DNA from: the human T2T-CHM13v2.0 reference genome, Homo sapiens
Assembly: GCF_009914755.1 (NCBI RefSeq)
Contig: NC_060926.1
Strand: one strand, 5' to 3'
Length of the DNA stretch: 64,000 bases
The translations under genes were made by a program, and so were the position numbers. Numbering within the stretch: position 1 is the first letter of the stretch; each line of letters begins with the position of its first letter. The notes under the pieces are model-generated. The model was given only the letters and a program-made list of their open reading frames with translations, did not search any database and was not told the origin of the DNA. Below are positions 1 to 14,832 of the stretch, in pieces.

Positions 1-826
1 GACAAGTCCCAAGATCTGCAGGGTGAGTCAGCAAGCTGGATTACCGTGAAAGCTAGCAGTGTAGTTCCAGTTCCACTCAGAGTCTGAAGGCCTAAAAACC
101 AGATGGTGTAAGCTGATGGCATAGTTCCAGGCTAAAAGCTGATAAGCTTGAGACCTAGGGAAAGCCAATGTTTCAGTTTGTGTCTGGATGCAAGAAGAAA
201 CTGATGTAACAATCTGAGTGCCACCAGGTGGGATAGACTGTCTTTCACTTAAGGTAGACTCAGACTATATTCTTTTCAGACCTTCAACTGATTTAATGAG
301 GACCACCCACATTAAGATAGTAATTTGCTTTATTCAGTCTACAGGTTAAAATGAGAATATCATCTCAAAACACCCTCACAGAAGCATCCTGAATAATGTT
401 TCACCAACTGTCTGGGCACCTTGTAGCCCATTCAAGTTGACACATGCTTATGATTTACATATTTATGTCCCGTCAACATACATATTTTGAAATCCTAACT
501 GCCACATTGAAGGTTTTACAAGGTGGAATAATTAGGAAAGTAATTAGGTCATGAAGTCAGAACCTTTATAAATGGGACTAGTGCCCTTAAAAATAGGTTC
601 AAAGGAGCTCGTTCACCTCTTCCACTAGGTAAGATACAGTTAAATCTGCATCTATGAGGGAATGGGTCCTCACCAGACACAAAATATATCTGAGTCTGGA
701 TCTTGGACTTCCAAACTTCCAGAAACATGAGAAATAAATATACGTTATTTATAAGCCACCCAGTCTAAGGTATTTTGTTATAACAACCTGAATGGACTAA
801 GATAACGTATAAAATTAACCATCATA
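1..826 (-). mobile_element. MLT2-type (ERVL) LTR, cut by window start, interrupted near its 5' end by an MLT1 LTR
   Basis: cccattcaagttgacaca (428-444) and taaaattaaccatcata (810-826) join to give the reverse complement of the MLT2 5' end TGTGATGGTTAATTTTATGTGTCAACTTGA. Confidence 0.8.
445..804 (+). mobile_element. MLT1A/B-type MaLR solo LTR nested in MLT2
   Basis: Begins tgcttatg..tgaaatcctaa and ends ttataagccacccagtct..gaatggactaagata; flanks ACACA/ACGTA resemble a 5-bp TSD. Confidence 0.8.
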
Positions 827-3800
827 GAATTGGTAAACCTTTCTTTTCAAAAAATGACGTTCATTCAATTTGTTAACACAGATAATCTTATTTAGACCTA
901 AAGAAAAAATAGTTATAAATTGAATATTAAGAAATATCTTACACTATTTCTGCAACAAAGCTGCCTTTTCCTCTTTGCACCTAATTAGAGTTCTCTGAAA
1001 TTCTCTGTAAGCATTATTTCCCACTGTTTTTTTCCCACACATGCAATGTGCTAAAAATGCCAGAACACTCATATGCCCTGAACATCCCCATGCAGCCATG
1101 CACTCATATGCCCTGAGCCTTTCATCGTGCTGTGTCCTGTGCATAAAGAGACCTTTCCTGCCCCCATTCTCTATCTAAAAGAAACCTGCCTGATTTTCAA
1201 AGGCCAATACATATATCACCTCCTTTGTGAAGTGTTTCCTCTGTCCTTGACCAACAAAATTGTCCAGTCCCTCTACTTGATCAGAGAGTACTGTTCATAC
1301 TACTAGCACAATGTCTGCCCTGACTCTTAGTTGTAAGGAGGCACATTGTCCATAGCTCAACCTATCAATCAATAACAGCCAGCCTGACCACTCCAGCTCC
1401 CTTGGCAACAACCCCTCAGTGCTTTTTTACTTTGTTCCCAACGTGCTTCCTTTGATTCATGTCTCAACCTGCCTCTGCCTTTGGCTTCTGCTTCTCCTTT
1501 GTACATTTTGTATTGAGATTTGTCCTTGCTGATTTTGGCTTCTGAGGTACCCCAAAGAGTCATTATTTTACATATATGGCTACACTATTCAAGAATGCTT
1601 TGAGCAAGACCCTCCCGGAGGGCCAAATTCTCAGTTGGGGCCTTCTTCACCCCTCTACGTGTGAATTCATTCACAGAGAACTTATCACTCTAATCTCTAT
1701 TTATGTAATTATTTCTCTCCTGTTAGACGGTGAGCTGTTTTTTGTGTAGAATTTATATCGCATTCATCTATGTTTCTCTTGTGATTTCCTTATGTTTATC
1801 ATAATTTTTATGCTTAATAAATATGTGTGGCCTGGATTAGATTAAGTGTATTTTTATCTTGAGTGTCCTCTTTACTCCTCTCAGCTTCTAAATTCTTGCT
1901 CTCCTTTCAATGCTAATTCTAGTCTTCTTGGATTACCCCAGCTGGAGGTGATTTGTTCTGAACTGGATTCCTATCTCTCATAGAAAGCAAATGTTACTCC
2001 TTTAACTGACTGTGGCCTTCTGCTTTATCTCTCTGTTGAGTGGAAAAACTCCATGAGCAATCACTGTTTCACTCCTTTCATGTATGTATACAACACTTAC
2101 GAGAGTACATAATTTACATAATACTTTTGGACTGAAAAACTGGTTTTACTTTGCTTTCTTTAACTTATAGGCCATGCTGAATGCAGATAACCCACAGTAA
2201 TAACTGGTATCCAACCACTCCTTATTTACTTATTCATAATCTTATTTACTGTTTGAGTCTGTTACTCAGGTATTTGTGAGCATCTTTTAGGATAGGGGAA
2301 ATAGTTAATCATATCTGTAAACCCAGCATTTCACATGTGCCTGGAACTGAACAGTGACTAGGTCAAGACTGAATAAAGTAATGATTGATATATTATGACA
2401 ATCTTCAAGTTGCTTCTTAATTACATAATAAAGGAGGAAAGATAATTCACATTCATTGAATATCTGCTTTGTTAAATAAATCCTGTATTTTATATTTATT
2501 ATTTCATTCAAAGCTTAGAGAAGGTTACTCAATATTTCTTGGCCTCAGCTTCATCTGCAAATTGGGGATGCTATTAATACTTACCTCTTGGGACTGTGAG
2601 GAATAACTGAATTAATAAATGTAAAACCACTGAATTGTATACTTTAAAAGGGTGAATTTTGTAATGTGAATTACATCTTAATAAATATTAATTTTTTAAA
2701 AGCCCATGGATATGCTGAAAATAATACTTTCATATTTCATAGGCAGACCCAATGTCAGAAGTCATAAACTCTATAAAATGCAATCAGGGGAGCTCTGACA
2801 CTGGTGCCTCTTTCTTTTTCCCATCATCTGAGCTCCAGCATGGCCATCCTTACTTTTGTTCTTTCCCTCATTTAGCCTGTTGGTCACTATCAGATCTTAC
2901 CAATTTTATGTGTACTATTTTTTTTTAAAGCTGTTTACTCAAACACTGATCTCATCTAAGTCTAGGGCCTCATCATGTTTTCCAAACGGTTACCGTAACC
3001 TCCTCACTGCCTCTTTCCTTTCATACAATTCTCCAAAGGGCTGCTAGGTTATGCTTCTGCAAGTGAAAGACTTATACCTATTCTGCTAAAAATCATTCAA
3101 TTACTTCCCATAGCCTGTAATACAGGTTCCTTTTTTGGTTTGTTAGTTTATCCTGACATTCTAGGTCATTTTAAATCTAACTGAAAACTATACTGCAATT
3201 AAAAATAAAATATTTGCACCTGCTAAGTGTCAAGTACTCACTCAGAACTAGAGACAGAGAAATAAATGTGCCCAGCCCAGGACCAAAAAGTCTCAGACAC
3301 CTCTTCTGGGCCTTCTCTGTCCAAACACTTCACTTTTGCTAAAATGCCCTCAAAATTCTCCCCTATTTTTTTCTTTTTCTGTCTCTCTTATTTTATTATT
3401 ATTATTATTATTATTTTTTGGCCTTCCCCAGCATGGAGTGGCCAGGCTCCATCTCTAACTACAGAATCCTACCTTTCCTCAGAATTCCACCTCACATTCT
3501 GTCTCTTCCTTTAAGGCTTCCTTAACCAATAAGTTGGAAGTGGATTATCTTTTGTCTGTTCTTTACAACAATTATTGAGAGACTTATAAAAATGCCACGT
3601 TTTCTCTAAGAAGTGACACAGTTTCCTAGGTTTAAGATATCTATGTGGACTCGCTCACACTGCTCCATACACAGCCTAAATGCATTCCTGTCACTATTCC
3701 ACTTGGATTGTAAATATTTTGTATTCCCAGAATGATGGCACTCTTTTCATAGAGTAATCTCCTGCATGGGTTTATTTTTAATCTTTCTTCACAGGAAAGC

Positions 3801-3985
3801 ACCATTGTAGCATTGCTGATTTATTGTGACATTTTTGCTACTTCCTTGTTGAGAATATCAGTTTTACTATCCCATAGAAAAATTATTGAGAGAAACAAAA
3901 GGGAAAACTCAAGGAACTGAAATGAGGGAGTACTGCGAACTCTGGCTCCCTGATTTTAAGCATACAATTTTTAAAACTCAATGTT

Positions 3986-4319
<334 letters not shown>

Positions 4320-4933
4320 TTAACCTGATGGAAAAAATTATTGTCAGATTTCTTGTACAGCTATCATAAATGCAAAACGTAACCACCCAATTATACTGAA
4401 CACTTCATTTATATTGAAACAGTTGATATTTATATTACTACTAAAAGGTAAAATTTGTTTGCTACATCTTACGGATGCAGAAACGGAGTTTCAGAGATGT
4501 TAATAACTAAGTTCATAAAGAAATGTACAGATTCAAGGTCACTCAAAATAGAGTCGAATAGTTTACATGTTATTCATTATGACCATGTTTTGACTCTGAA
4601 CTGGTTTTGTAATCTGTACTAATACAATAATAAAAACAACTACAACTGATAATATACATTTTCTAAAGTAGTCGTTTGCATATATTTTCCTAAGCACTTG
4701 TCATGGACTCATTTAACATCACATTATGGGGCATATCTTCATACTGGAAATATATCCTCATACAAATGGAAAAATTCATATATCCATTTTGCAGGTGGGA
4801 AAGTAAGAGGTGATGTGACTTGCCAAAGGTTATATGAGTTCAGTTCATCACCTCGGCTCCAGAAACTATGCCACTATTCATCATTCTAAACTGACTGAGG
4901 GTTTTGTAGTAAGTTATCTGTATTTACGTATCA

Positions 4934-4986
4934 TATAGTATAATATAGATTAGTATAGTATAGTATAGTATAGCATATACTATAGA
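4934..4986. repeat. (TATAG)n degenerate microsatellite
   Basis: tagtatagtatagtatagtatagcatatactatag seen directly. Confidence 0.85.
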
Positions 4987-7900
4987 TGTGATTTTTAACA
5001 TCTTTTCTATTTCCATTTAAATTAAGGAAACTACATGAAAAAAAGTCAATACATTTAATATGTCCCTGGGACTTGTAAATTTATACTTTTGCTGGTAGTA
5101 TTTGTCTTTTTCTTTCCCTTTCTCTTTTAATCTTTTATGCTTTTACTTACATATTTTGAATATTTAATATAGAAAGGTTTCTATATTTTATGTATAAGAC
5201 CACTTTCCCCAATTCTATATTTTCAAATTTCCCTTTCTTACAGAATAGTATCTGCCCTTCTCTTTACATAGACACTTCTGTTCTATCATCATAACTACTG
5301 GATACAAGATTACTGTAATTGTTGATACAGGAGCTCTAAAACATATCATAACATAACATTTATGATTTCTTTTCTAATTGTGCTATTATTGGGACATCTG
5401 GATTTCTAATAGGGCCTTTTCATTCTTTGGTATGGATTTTCCTGTTAGAAGTCTAACTTATTTGTCTTGGAAGTACATGGCTAAAATAAAAATGATACAC
5501 AGAGATATAGATTCATATTTCAGACCAGACATTCATATTTTGGACCATACCTAAACACATAAAATTGAGCAATAGAAAAGTAATAGGAGCAATGATGTGG
5601 CTGTATTAACTTCCTGAAGAGGTGGGAGGAAATAATTACCTTAAACAATTGACAAGTATCAGAAATGCAGTCTACTTCTTATCGGGAACACTGAAAAACA
5701 GAAACAGTAATGACTCCAATTTCTGAAAAAAAGTATCTCTAACCTACAATTCTAGATCCAAACTATTAAGTGTAAGAGGAGAACACATTTATCAGATATC
5801 CGGAGTATCAAAAAATTATGTGCTATATGCCTTTTCTCAAGATATTTCCAGATACTATATTCTACCTCTACCAAAAGGAGAAATAAAACCAAATATAAGA
5901 AAACATAGGATCTAGGAAGCAGAGACTCAAACAAATTAGAAATGGAGAATCCACAAGGAAAAGGTGAAGCAAGATTGTAGATAATTGTTCTGCAAAGGCC
6001 TAGAGAACAGTCAGTGCATATGGAATGAGTTCAAAATGCACTGGAAATGCTTTCCAAAGAAATCATATAGATAAAGTAATGTTTTTGGATTTAGGTAAAG
6101 AAAACTGTACACACTTTAAGAAGTATTGCGGTTAACATAGACTTAAAAATACAGAAATAAGCAAGGTCAATAAATAGGATAATTATTATCTCTGAAATAG
6201 CATTCAAAATACAGCAAAACATTTCACAGGAAATGAATGATAATCATAATATTCTATATATCTTAGCCATGAACAACATTTACCTACTCATTATAACTTA
6301 CCTATTGAATATTGATTTAATAAAAATAATAGTATGATTGTATTAGGATCATAGTATTAAGAGACGTGGAGAAAAATTGCAAAATATCAACTAAAGGAAT
6401 TGAAAGCAGTTGCCACTGGGGAACGGGAACATGGTTTGTGCATGTTGGACCATCATGTCAGCATGGTGAACTGCTGACTTTTTTAACAGGCACCTGTAGA
6501 ACTATTCAATTTGTTTTTTCTTTAAACTATGTGCTTACGTAATGCTGGTTAAATTTTTGAAAAACACCAAATACTGCATAAATTAAGCATGTATTTGAAA
6601 ATATTACTCCTCTTTATTTGCTGTTATTTGTAGACACACAGGCACATGGAAATGGATTTCCATGACCTTATTTCTGGGACTAATTAAACATTCTCTAAGT
6701 CCGCTGATTACCTTTGAGCTTTGTAGTGAGAGATCAGTTAGAGGAGAGAACGGCGCTTCCCTCTTAGACTGCTTCATTTCCGTATTGTTTACAGTCACAT
6801 CACGAGTTTATGCTGCTACCGCCTGTTCCAGAGGAGGGGCAGATGATCTTCCATGGCGTCCTTTCTCTGTTAATATTTGGTGAAAGAGTAGAATCTTTGA
6901 GGCATGAAAGAAGGCCAGAGGTTCTACACCAAATGCCAGTTTATGTTCCAGTGTTGAGCAACCTAATTCCTATTCCATATTCTAACCAAAACACAAAATG
7001 CAGGCATGTGCAAGACACACAAAACATTGTATTGCCTTTTTTTTTTTTTTTGTCATGGCTGTATTTTTTTCTTTCATTACAATACATTGAAATGTAAATG
7101 TCTGTATTTGGAAAACTGAGTATCATTTTAATTATTCTTGGTCTGAAAAGAGCACAAAGCACAAAGAGAAAAGTACTCTGGGGAAAAATTAGAATTAATA
7201 AGGGCAAGGTGTGTTTACAATACCCTTTCTGGCAGTTCTCACGAAAGCTGATGATTCTCTCACTCATGTCTTCAATAGAAGTATTTTCTTTTTTTCAACC
7301 AGTGAGTCGGGGAGGGAGAAAATACCCATAGAAAAATAAATTTGGTAAAGTGATAAATCCTTTGTAATATTTTAGGAGAAAAATAGAAAAATAAAAGAAA
7401 AACTGTAAATAGTTCTTACCTATCTTTTGCTGAACTGTGAAAAAAAAATCAATGCTGTAAGATCTCAACATCAAGTGTGAATGCTTGAGGTGGTTGTTAG
7501 GGTTTTCAGTTTGGAAGTAGAAGTGGTCAGTAAAGATTCGTAGATTTCTCTTCTTCATTTAAATGTGAGGGGACATGTTGCTCTGAAAACAACAAGCCCA
7601 TCTGGGGCTTTAGGACAATCAGAAAAGAACAGTACCATTTAGATAGGTAAAACAGTTCTTTTTGGTAGAAAAAAATAATATTTTCTGAACTAAAAATAAC
7701 GAAATTAGCTTTTTAGTAAGTGGTGACCTACTGCCTTCAAAATCAGACGTGTGACACCTTCATCAAATATATGTATATTTAAATGTAAGATTATATTTTT
7801 ATTTTTAAAATCTTTTTACTTACAAAGGGATGAAAAGCAATGGTTATTAAGGACTTACACTGTGACAATGGCTTGCATATATAATATTTAAATCCTTTTA

Positions 7901-8423
7901 ACAGACATTGGTTTTCTTACTCGTTAAGCAAGCATGGATTGATAACTTCATCACTCTGTTGCCAAGATAATTACAAATTGAGCCCTGCTTTTTATGCACT
8001 TAGAATCTATTAGACAAATGGAGAACAGAAAGCAACAATTATTGAAATGTTGCTATGGTTTTTATCAATTCTACATTTTATAATAATTATATAAGAACAA
8101 TATTGTGATTTCCATTTATATTTATGTATGAAGATTCAAAACAGAAAAGTGAAATGACCTGTACGTGATTATACAACGAATGTGCTATGAAGCCACAACT
8201 CAAGCACAGGCACATCTGAATCCACACTCAAGAGCTCTCTGTTAGATCTGGTGTCTAAAAGACACCAAGAAGAGGGTCCAAGAAGAGGTAGCCTGTAAGG
8301 TATGGAAATAGACAATCCTTGACTTTAAGGAACTTGTAGATCTCAGCTAACAAGGTGGATATAAATCCACAATTGAGAGAGTGATTAAAATTACAATTAA
8401 AAGTACAACCTTATGTTTCATAG

Positions 8424-8760
8424 TGCTGTAGACAGAATGTTTGTATCCTCCCAAAATGAATATGCTGAAACCTAATCCCCAATGCATTGGTATTAGGAGG
8501 TGGGGCCTTTGGAAGCTGATTAGGTTATGAGGGTGCAGCCCTGATAAATGGAATTAGCGCCCTCGTGAACGACACTCCAAAGAGTACTGTTACCTCCTCC
8601 ACCGTGGAAGGACTCAGCAAGATGGTGCTGTTTATGATCCAGGAAGCAGGAACTCTCCACACACCAAATCTGCAGGGCCCTTGACTGTGGAGAAATAAAC
8701 TTTGGTTGCTTATAAACCCCCTAGTCCAGGGAATTCTGTTACAGCAAGGGCTGAAACACA
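8424..8760 (+). mobile_element. MLT1A-type MaLR solo LTR
   Basis: tgctgtagacagaatgtttg..gaaacctaatccccaatg..ggtattaggaggtggggcctttgg matches the MLT1A 5' part; ends ..ttctgttacagca..aca. Confidence 0.8.
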
Positions 8761-8914
8761 TAGCATACACCAAAGAATCACTGGTGATGGAATCTGTTTC
8801 ATTACCTAAGAAAGCATAAACAGCAAGAGTTAGTAGCACAACATAGAATGAGAAAACAAAATGACACTATACAATTAGATTTAACAAACATTTAATTGTC
8901 TATGTCTGTCTCTA

Positions 8915-9682
<768 letters not shown>

Positions 9683-9918
9683 TTTTTTTTCTTAAGTATT
9701 CCTATCAGTTCTTTTTAAAACATTCTATAAATGTCATACATTGTATGACAGTATTAAATATTTAAGAAACAAAATAAATTATCCATAACCATATTTCTCT
9801 ATTGCTATTTAACATTTCCAGCAAATTGCTACATAAATATAAATAGGTCATGATTCCTGCCCTTGAGAACTAATGCTCAGGTGCAGAAGACAGGCAAACA
9901 GATAATATAAAGAAAACT

Positions 9919-10207
9919 GGCCAGGTAAGGTGGCTCACATCAGTAATCCTAGCACGTTGGGAGGCCAAGGTGGGTGATCACCTGAAGTCAGGAGTTCGAA
10001 ACCAGCCTGGCCAATATGGCGAAACCCCGTCTCTACTAAAAATACAAAAATTAGCCTAGCAAAGGAGCCTGTAACCCCAGCTACTCAGGAGATTGAAGCA
10101 GGAGAATCACTTGAATGCAGAGGAGGAGCTTGCAGTGAGCCAAGATCGCGCCACTGCAATGCAGCCTGGGTGACAGAGCAAGATGCTGTCTCAGAAAAAA
10201 AAAAAAA
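9919..10207 (+). mobile_element. AluS (Sx/Sz-like)
   Basis: Dimeric Alu, tcacctgaagtcaggagttcgaaaccagcctggcc, A tail, partial TSD agaaaa. Confidence 0.9.
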
Positions 10208-10530
10208 GAGAGAGAGAAAATAATATGGTTATTGCAATGATAAGACGTATAGAAGGTACTATGGAAGCATTGAGAAGGGGAGCCATTCCTACCTTGGTGG
10301 AGTCTGGGAGAGTTTCTGGACAAGAAACTCAACAGCCTAAGTAAAGTACTTTGTAACTACCTCATTTATCGCCCTTATCATACCATTTTGAAATGATCTG
10401 TATAAAGGTTCATCTACTCCATAAATAGAGTTTTTCCAGCGTAAGAAGTATGTCTTTGTTTTCATTGTTTGTCGAGTCCTCACAGGGATCTGATATATTG
10501 TCAATATATTCAACAACTATTTGTTCAACC

Positions 10531-10760
10531 AATAAAAAGGAAAAAAAAGGAAGGAAGGAAAAATAAAAGGAAGGGAGGGAGGGAGGGAGAAAGGAAGGAA
10601 GGAAGAAAGGAAGGAAGGAAGGAAGCAAGTAAGGAAGGAAGGAAGGGAAAGAAAGAAGAAAGAAAGCAAGAAAGACAGAATAAAAAAGAAGAAAGAAATA
10701 AAGAAGGAAAGAAAAGAATGAAGGAGGGAAAGATAAAAGGAAGGGTGAAGAAAAGGAATT
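10531..10760. repeat. Purine-rich GGAA/GAAA low-complexity tract
   Basis: Runs of ggaa, gaaa and ggga seen directly. Confidence 0.92.
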
Positions 10761-13700
10761 GAGAGTTGCTAGGAGTTACACAGAAGGCGAAGAAGTGAGT
10801 GGGCAATTTATTTCAGGAGAGAAAGGAACAAGAATAAAGGAATGGAGACATGAAATAGTAGGATGTATCTAGATAAGCTTGCTAAAAATGTTAAATAAAC
10901 CCATAAGTTGGCAATAGGTGAAGATGAATGGTTTAGCTGAGCGTGCAATTAGGGCGTCATTTAAATTATGGTAAGAGGGTCATTGTGTCAGAATAGAGAA
11001 GAAGCCTAATAGATTTTTCAACTCTGAGTCTAATATAGTTTGACTGTGGAAAAACTGTTTAATCTCTTGAGTCTCACTTCATTATAAAATGGAGTATTAC
11101 TATGTTCTTCTAAGTGTTTATGCAAGCAATTAGAAGTGATTGATATAATGCAAGGTTGAATATATATTGTGTATGTAAGAAATATATAGATACAAGGAAT
11201 GTATCAGTGGCCGGGTTTGGTTTCCCTTGCTTGTGGAGAAAACAACAACCACAACAAAAACCAAACTCCAACTGTTTTTGTCCAGTGTCAATTTGATCAA
11301 TGTCCCTCAGATGGTGTGTAGGTATAAGGTAAATGAGCAGTCCAGACGTCCAGAACCCCAGAGGTTGAGTTCATGGCCATTTGCTAAAGACCTCATTCAG
11401 AAATCTGGAAAAGCCCGCTTTCCCTCAGTCCTTGCCTCTCATCTCCTCTACATCTAACAGATGGGTTCCTCGAAATACTTTTATTCAAAGTAAAACTTCC
11501 TTTTGTAAAAAATATATCTATAACTTTCGGCCTTTTGACATAATCATAATAAGATGAAAAGAAGTAAGTTTAAAGAAAAAAATCATTAAAAGTTGCTTAT
11601 TGGGGAAGAAGGCATTAAAACAGCTGGACTTTGACCGATTTCCTCCTTTTTGGGGGAAACACTTACTGAAAATATGGCAAGTTACCCAGTGTAATCTCAT
11701 TGTAAACATGATAACTGACCTCCTAATGAATAAACTCATGACATTTGCTAGAAGGAGAGACCTGGTCTATGTGATGTTCTTTGCGAGCTGTCTCTTGTTT
11801 AAGATTGCTTGTGGCAAACAAGTCTTGATTCAAGGGGTTTATGCATCACGGTCCTCTGGAAAGTGTCATATAAGTCCTGTAATGACCTAGGTATTAAAGA
11901 GAGATGTTTCATAACCTCAACACTACCAGATGTGTGAGGTGACCTACAGACCTCACTTAGAGACTTCAACTGTTAGGATGGGCCAGCGAGCATGTCTAAT
12001 GCCAGAAGGAAGGGCCTGGGAAGCCACATGGGTGGTCCCAGGTCTCTCTCCATGTTCTGCCTGATAACTGCATTCTTTATTTATGATAGACATAAATCTG
12101 ATTTTAAAATTTGATGCTTTATGTTTTCTCAGTGATTGATTGAATATACCCGTGAAATGGAGAATGCCCAATAGATTTATGGCTTTCTAGTTGGGTAACT
12201 TAGTGGTTGTATACACTGAGCAATGAAACTCAAAGAAAATATTTGGGGAATATGATGTTTTTGACAGATTGAGCTTGAGCCCCTGCTAAATAGCTGGGTA
12301 AATGTTTCAGCCTTAATTTGATTTATAAACCCAAACACAGGGAGAGACTGGGGAGAAAATGGGGGTAGAAGTAATCATTTGGAGTTACGTGTATATGGGG
12401 AAACAATATGATTGAATATAATTGACCTCTGTGAGGAATTATGTATGGAGGGCAGAGACTTGATAAGAGATGAGCAGAGAAAGAAATATTTATGAAATCA
12501 AAGAAGTAAGCAGAAAGGAGATCCTGGGCATTGGCACTACACAGAATTTCAAAGTGGTCTGTTGTGACAAACAGCTAGACTTGAAATAAGAGATTTCCTG
12601 TGGTTTATCAACCCATCAGTTAACAGTGATTTTCACCAAAAATGATCTCAGTTGGGTTTGAAATTTTAAAATCTTATTATTTTAGGAGGAAGTAAGATTA
12701 CATACAAGGAAGTAAGAAGAGAGAATGTGCAAAGGTTGCAGTTAGGAGTATCCAAGGCTAGGAACAGCAAAGAGGATTTACAATATGGGAAACAGATGGT
12801 ATACCTGATGAAAACCAAAATTTTCCAGCATTTGCTTTCAACCAATCAAAGCTCCTACAACCCCCAGGTACAGAGACATCTGGGTAGAATTGTGACTGGT
12901 GCAAAGCCCACACCATGTTTTTTGCCCCATGCATCCTATTATTGATTGGCGGACTTCCCCCTGCTTAGTGCCTTGTTTTCCTCACTGAGAGTAAAATTTC
13001 CCCATTAAAAAATAATAATATAGGGAAAGTAGACACCTTGCAAATTTATAACCTACAACCTACAATATTTTTCATTCAGTATTTAATTTTTTCCCATTTT
13101 ATATGCTCTATACCAAGTCAAGAAAGTACATCTAAAACCATGAATATCAGTAACCAAGAACAGACTAATAAATATCTTTCCTTGGGTTATACTGTTGTTT
13201 TCAGTTTTACCAGCAATTTTATTCATTCACTGGTTGCTTGGTTTTAAGGAAAACTCCATTTCATTGAGATCCTTGTGTTGTTTGTCTGTGTTATTTTATA
13301 ATGCTATTATGAGATACAGCTTTAAGTGTTTATTAAAGATTTAAAAACACACAATTGGTGTAATTTAATTGAAAAATGTTAGCATTTCTCTATAAAATTA
13401 GTGAACTCTTTCTAATGTTTTGTTTTCTGAAATTGCCTTGGAGGGGAAGAAACGAAAGCATTTCTGTTTTCCTTGCAATGGCATAATTTAAAGTCAGCCC
13501 AGTGTTATGTGTGATCAAATTTGTAATAATCTGTCACTGCTGGCAGAGAAGAAAATTAAAGGAACCAATTTATTTCAAAGAAAGAAACATGTCACTTCCC
13601 CTCCCTCCACAGAAATAAAATAAAGTTCACTGGAGATGCTTTAATATCATTTTCATATTTCTGCTACAATGACAAGAATGTACTATCAGGAAGGAATTTT

Positions 13701-14832
13701 ATCTCTCCCCAGCATCTGCAATAAAAACTCAATTCCTCAGAATCAAAAGTTTTATATTCTATACTTCACTGTTCTGTGTTTGTGGGTATAACTTGTTAAA
13801 ACCTTCAACTTGACTCCGTGACAGTTCTCTCTTTGTTTCTCAGCAGGTCACTACCCTCCTGGGGAAGAGCTGAATATGCATCTGTGTTTTGGAGCCAGGA
13901 GGTCAGGAGATTAGAGAACATTGCTCTATCTCATAAATTTATGGACATAATCCTCCAGAGCAAAAATTAAGCCTGAAGTTAAGGCTTGAAATATAAAATG
14001 TTAGTAAACCTCTCTACATTATCAAGAATAGACTGTTAAATAGACGGTAGAAAATAAAAATGTGACCTGCTTCCCTGGCTGTGGCAGTAATTAACTGCGT
14101 GCTTAGGTAAATATATATTCAGTGCTTGAGATAATTGGAAAAATACTGAGACCTTCTTTCTGGGTTCTCTCCATAAATATCCCCACATAGCTGCTGAAGA
14201 ATGTGTATAAATGTGTCTGGTTTTTTAGCCTTAATCTAAATAAAGAAAATATGTTTATGAACATAGTTTGAAGAATAGGTGAATTACAGTCCAATTCAGC
14301 TTTAAAAAATAATATTTCCTTCCCCAAACAGATCTTTTCCAAATAAACTAAAAGCTTATATATATATTTTGGTGTCAAAGATCATCTTTACTAGTTTTTA
14401 AATGCAGTATGGGTCTCTGGTTTAATATTGTCAATTCTTGCCAAATTAAGTTGTTTTTAAGTAAAACCCCAATCAAAATTCTAACAAGGTTTCTTTACAG
14501 AATTGTTCTACTGACTCTATATGTGGGTATGTGAAGACCCAAGATGGACCAAATATTGTTCAGAAAAGCATAATAGGGGAGAATTTTTTCTGCTATAAAG
14601 AGCTCCTATAAAGCGATTATAATTAAAATAGTACAGCAGCAGAATAAAGTCCAATAGAACACAATAAAGAACCTGGAAACATAGCCACAGATAGATGGTA
14701 ATTTCACATATGACAGATCATATATGTTAAATAAGGTATCACAAGCTAAGGGGTGAAATAGGAGATCATAAATGATCATGTTCGTTGGCTTTGTGTATAA
14801 AAGAATATACAACTATATTCAAACTTTAGGTG

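Noticed and set aside
10410-10806. K/E/R-rich and F/L/S-rich ORFs
   Set aside because: Translations of the GGAA/GAAA low-complexity tract.
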